From a virus (Duplodnaviria; Heunggongvirae; Uroviricota; Caudoviricetes): a DNA stretch of 58,026 nt. The stretch covers positions 280,286 to 338,311 of the IMG/VR virus record IMGVR_UViG_3300032167_000002; one strand, given 5' to 3'. This document shows positions 55,838 through 58,026 of the stretch, piece by piece (position 1 is the first letter of the stretch; each line of letters begins with the position of its first letter). The notes beneath the pieces were generated by a model that saw only the letters and a list, made by a program, of their open reading frames with translations, had not been told where the DNA came from and did no database searches. The translations under genes and the position numbers were made by a program.

Positions 55838-57577
55838 TTAGAAATAGTATTTCTGTTCTCCTACAATTTCGTAATCTTCAATAATAATTTGTGGACTTAC
55901 AATACCATTCCATATGTTGCGTTCACACTTGCCCACAACATTGATGGTTATACAACCAGTTTCAGAGTGTAATTTTTCATACTCCTCTTGTGACGACTTG
56001 AATTTGATTAAACTCGTACCATTTGGTAAGGTTATCTTTAGAGTAGGACTCTTGTCTGGTGACATAAGAACAATATTATCTTTATGTAGATTGATATGTT
56101 CGATGGCAACCAGAGGTTCATCTACTCCTTGGCCCCATAAAGATTTGAGTTCAGCAATTTCCACAATGTCTTTTCCTCTGAAATCATCACCGTGGAAAAT
56201 GAAATCAACCTTATAACAAGGGGTAAAGTCAAAATCTGCCAAAGCGTGATTGGAGTAATTTACAAATTGAGTAAAGTTTGCATCAGTGATACCAACACCC
56301 AATGCGTTGGCGTGACCTTCTGCATACATTACCAATTCACTATCTTTCAAAAACTCACGGAGGTTATCAAATTTCGATTTATCGTATCCTCTTCCTGAAC
56401 CCTCCCAGCCATCTTCTGTCTTATTAAGTAGAAGTACTGGGCGTTGATATTTCGCCATTAGCTGGTTTGCAATCAAACCAGTAAGGTTTTTATCGGCCGC
56501 AAAAGTATCTAATTTGATAGCCAAAATCTTATTCTCTAACAGATTTTTCTCTTTGATTATGCGTTCAATTGTCTCCAAGGCTGCGTCTCTTGCTTTTGTT
56601 TGCCTATTTTTGATGTTAGTGCAATTACGACAAGCCTGTTCTACTCTCGTCTCCTGCTGACCCTTACATCCTCTTTTGGTTGATGGGACTAGTTCATATC
56701 CCCGATAGTCAAGCATAGACTCGAATAGCATGAGCTTTTCTTCCTGCGTTCCCATTCTTATCGTGGCATTTACATAGGGAGCAATATAAAAAGCTACTCC
56801 AATAGGACTGATACCGTCTTTCAACGAATATGCTTGTTTGTCTACCATTCCCTTGAAGTATGGATTGCGAATATTCTCGAGTCCTCGCGTGATAAGGTGT
56901 CTCGTTTCAAAATCGCGTAGATCCATCATGTCGGCCACCATTCCGAGTGCGACCAAATCTAAAAACTGATCTGCATAATCAACATTCATAAGCTCGTCGA
57001 TATAGGAACAGAATTTATATACCATTCCGACACCAGACAAAGACTTAGTGGGATAATCACACAGCTGATTGTTGATAATACAGGCGTGTTCTGAGATACT
57101 ATCTGCTTCGTGGTGGTCAATTACCAGCACATCCACGCCTTTTTCAGCCAATGTCTTATGCTCTTCATAATCATTGGAACTTGAGTCGGGCGCAATCACT
57201 AACTTGACATCTGCGGGAACAGTATCAAGAATAATGCCGTGCTGTTTCCCCGTATGGATACGATAATATACATTGTTCTACACAAAACCGGGGAATAGAC
57301 AATTCAGATAGTTGATAAGGGCGGCCGCACTTGTATAACCATCACAGTCGCTATCAATCTGAATTAGAACTTTGTCATTTTGTGCGATATGTTTGATGAG
57401 AAGTTTTACACCCTCTTGGATATTCATAAGAATTTTTGGGTCTAAAATATCTGCATCAGTAGTATGTAGATAGTGTTCTACATTCGCCGGTACAATGCCC
57501 CGGTTGGCAAGTACCTATTCGACCGCTGTTAGCTATTTCTCCAGCGGGATATTAGGTACAATAAGTTGATACTCCAT
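55838..57577 (-). CDS. recJ: RecJ-like single-stranded DNA exonuclease (579 aa, 3 TAG)
   Basis: IDSDCDGYTS lies upstream of TAG 57288-57290. KQHG, VIDHH, LSGVG, ALGMVADM, GSGRG, GHANALG. AGGAGG RBS before ATG 57577. Confidence 0.92.
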
Positions 57578-57618
57578 AAAGTATTCAACCTCCTTTCATG
57601 TAGATCACCACTAACTTA

Positions 57619-57975
57619 TTATATGAATTTTGCTTCAATTTCTTCATCCTCTCTCGTCCAGTCATAAGAGGAAGGAAGATAAAAACGAAATGATTGATAA
57701 GGCATAGCCTTAGTTGCTGGCTTAATAATGGTGTTGATTGCTTCTTGAGAAATGCGGCGGTCGATATAAGACACATTTGCCGAGTGACCTCGTCCGCTAT
57801 CCGAGGCGCGCACAACTCTCCAAATATCATCATTATCGAATAAAATCCAAGAGCCTGCAGATTTACTAATTACTCGTCTTATTGGTTTAATATCCATTCG
57901 AGCATACTGCTCTTCAATTTCAAGTAATTTTTCATTCGCCCCATCACTTTCATAGGCCCAAATAATTCCTCTCAT
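57619..57975 (-). CDS. Hypothetical protein (118 aa) resembling a degenerate terminase-ATPase lobe
   Basis: Intact ORF. ILFDNDDIWRVVRASDSGRGHSANVSYID..IIKP. Confidence 0.68.
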   Translation of the reverse strand: MRGIIWAYESDGANEKLLEIEEQYARMDIKPIRRVISKSAGSWILFDNDDIWRVVRASDSGRGHSANVSYIDRRISQEAINTIIKPATKAMPYQSFRFYLPSSYDWTREDEEIEAKFI

Positions 57976-58025
57976 AGCTGGAACCTCGGTTTACTACTAA
58001 TTTCATGGCCTTCGGGGCAAATATC
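57972..58025 (-). CDS. 3' end of a gene truncated by the window edge
   Basis: DICPEGHEISSKPRFQL-TGA with ATGA overlap onto the 57975 start. Confidence 0.4.
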   Translation of the reverse strand, partial: DICPEGHEISSKPRFQL

Positions 58026-58026
58026 A

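Noticed and set aside
279-57833. Short antisense or alternate-frame ORFs in the track (e.g. 11334-11636, 22943-23221, 26006-26311, 38818-39258, 49049-49381, 51268-51675, 54544-55041, 57585-57833)
   Set aside because: They are shadows of long code-15 genes, with no RBS or recognisable motifs.

Overview
58 kb slice of a large, AT-rich tailed phage genome, probably infecting a Firmicutes (Bacillota) host, inferred from AGGAGG ribosome-binding sites, TTGACA-17-TGnTATAAT promoters and tandem NrdR boxes. The key to reading it is that TAG is recoded as glutamine (genetic code 15). The fragmented ORF track collapses into about 40 intact genes, and every gene I could close ends in TAA or TGA. The + strand from 1 to 36.6 kb is a tail morphogenesis module: partial tape measure protein, baseplate and hub proteins, several fibres, a 2225-aa CotH-kinase-like/LRR protein and two BppU-like proteins. 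36.9-39.7 kb is a self-contained six-gene cassette of unknown function with Cys-rich, BclA-C-like and HExxH proteins. 39.75-42.2 kb is a divergent pair of putative receptor-binding genes. The - strand from 42.3 to 58 kb is a replication and nucleotide metabolism block: holin-like gene, RuvC, dUTPase, NrdG, NrdD, guanylate kinase, DnaE, SF1 helicase, a signal-peptide lysozyme and RecJ. No tRNA, release factor, CRISPR array, integrase or DGR was seen in this window. Product names come from motif recognition by eye, and TAG counts are manual.
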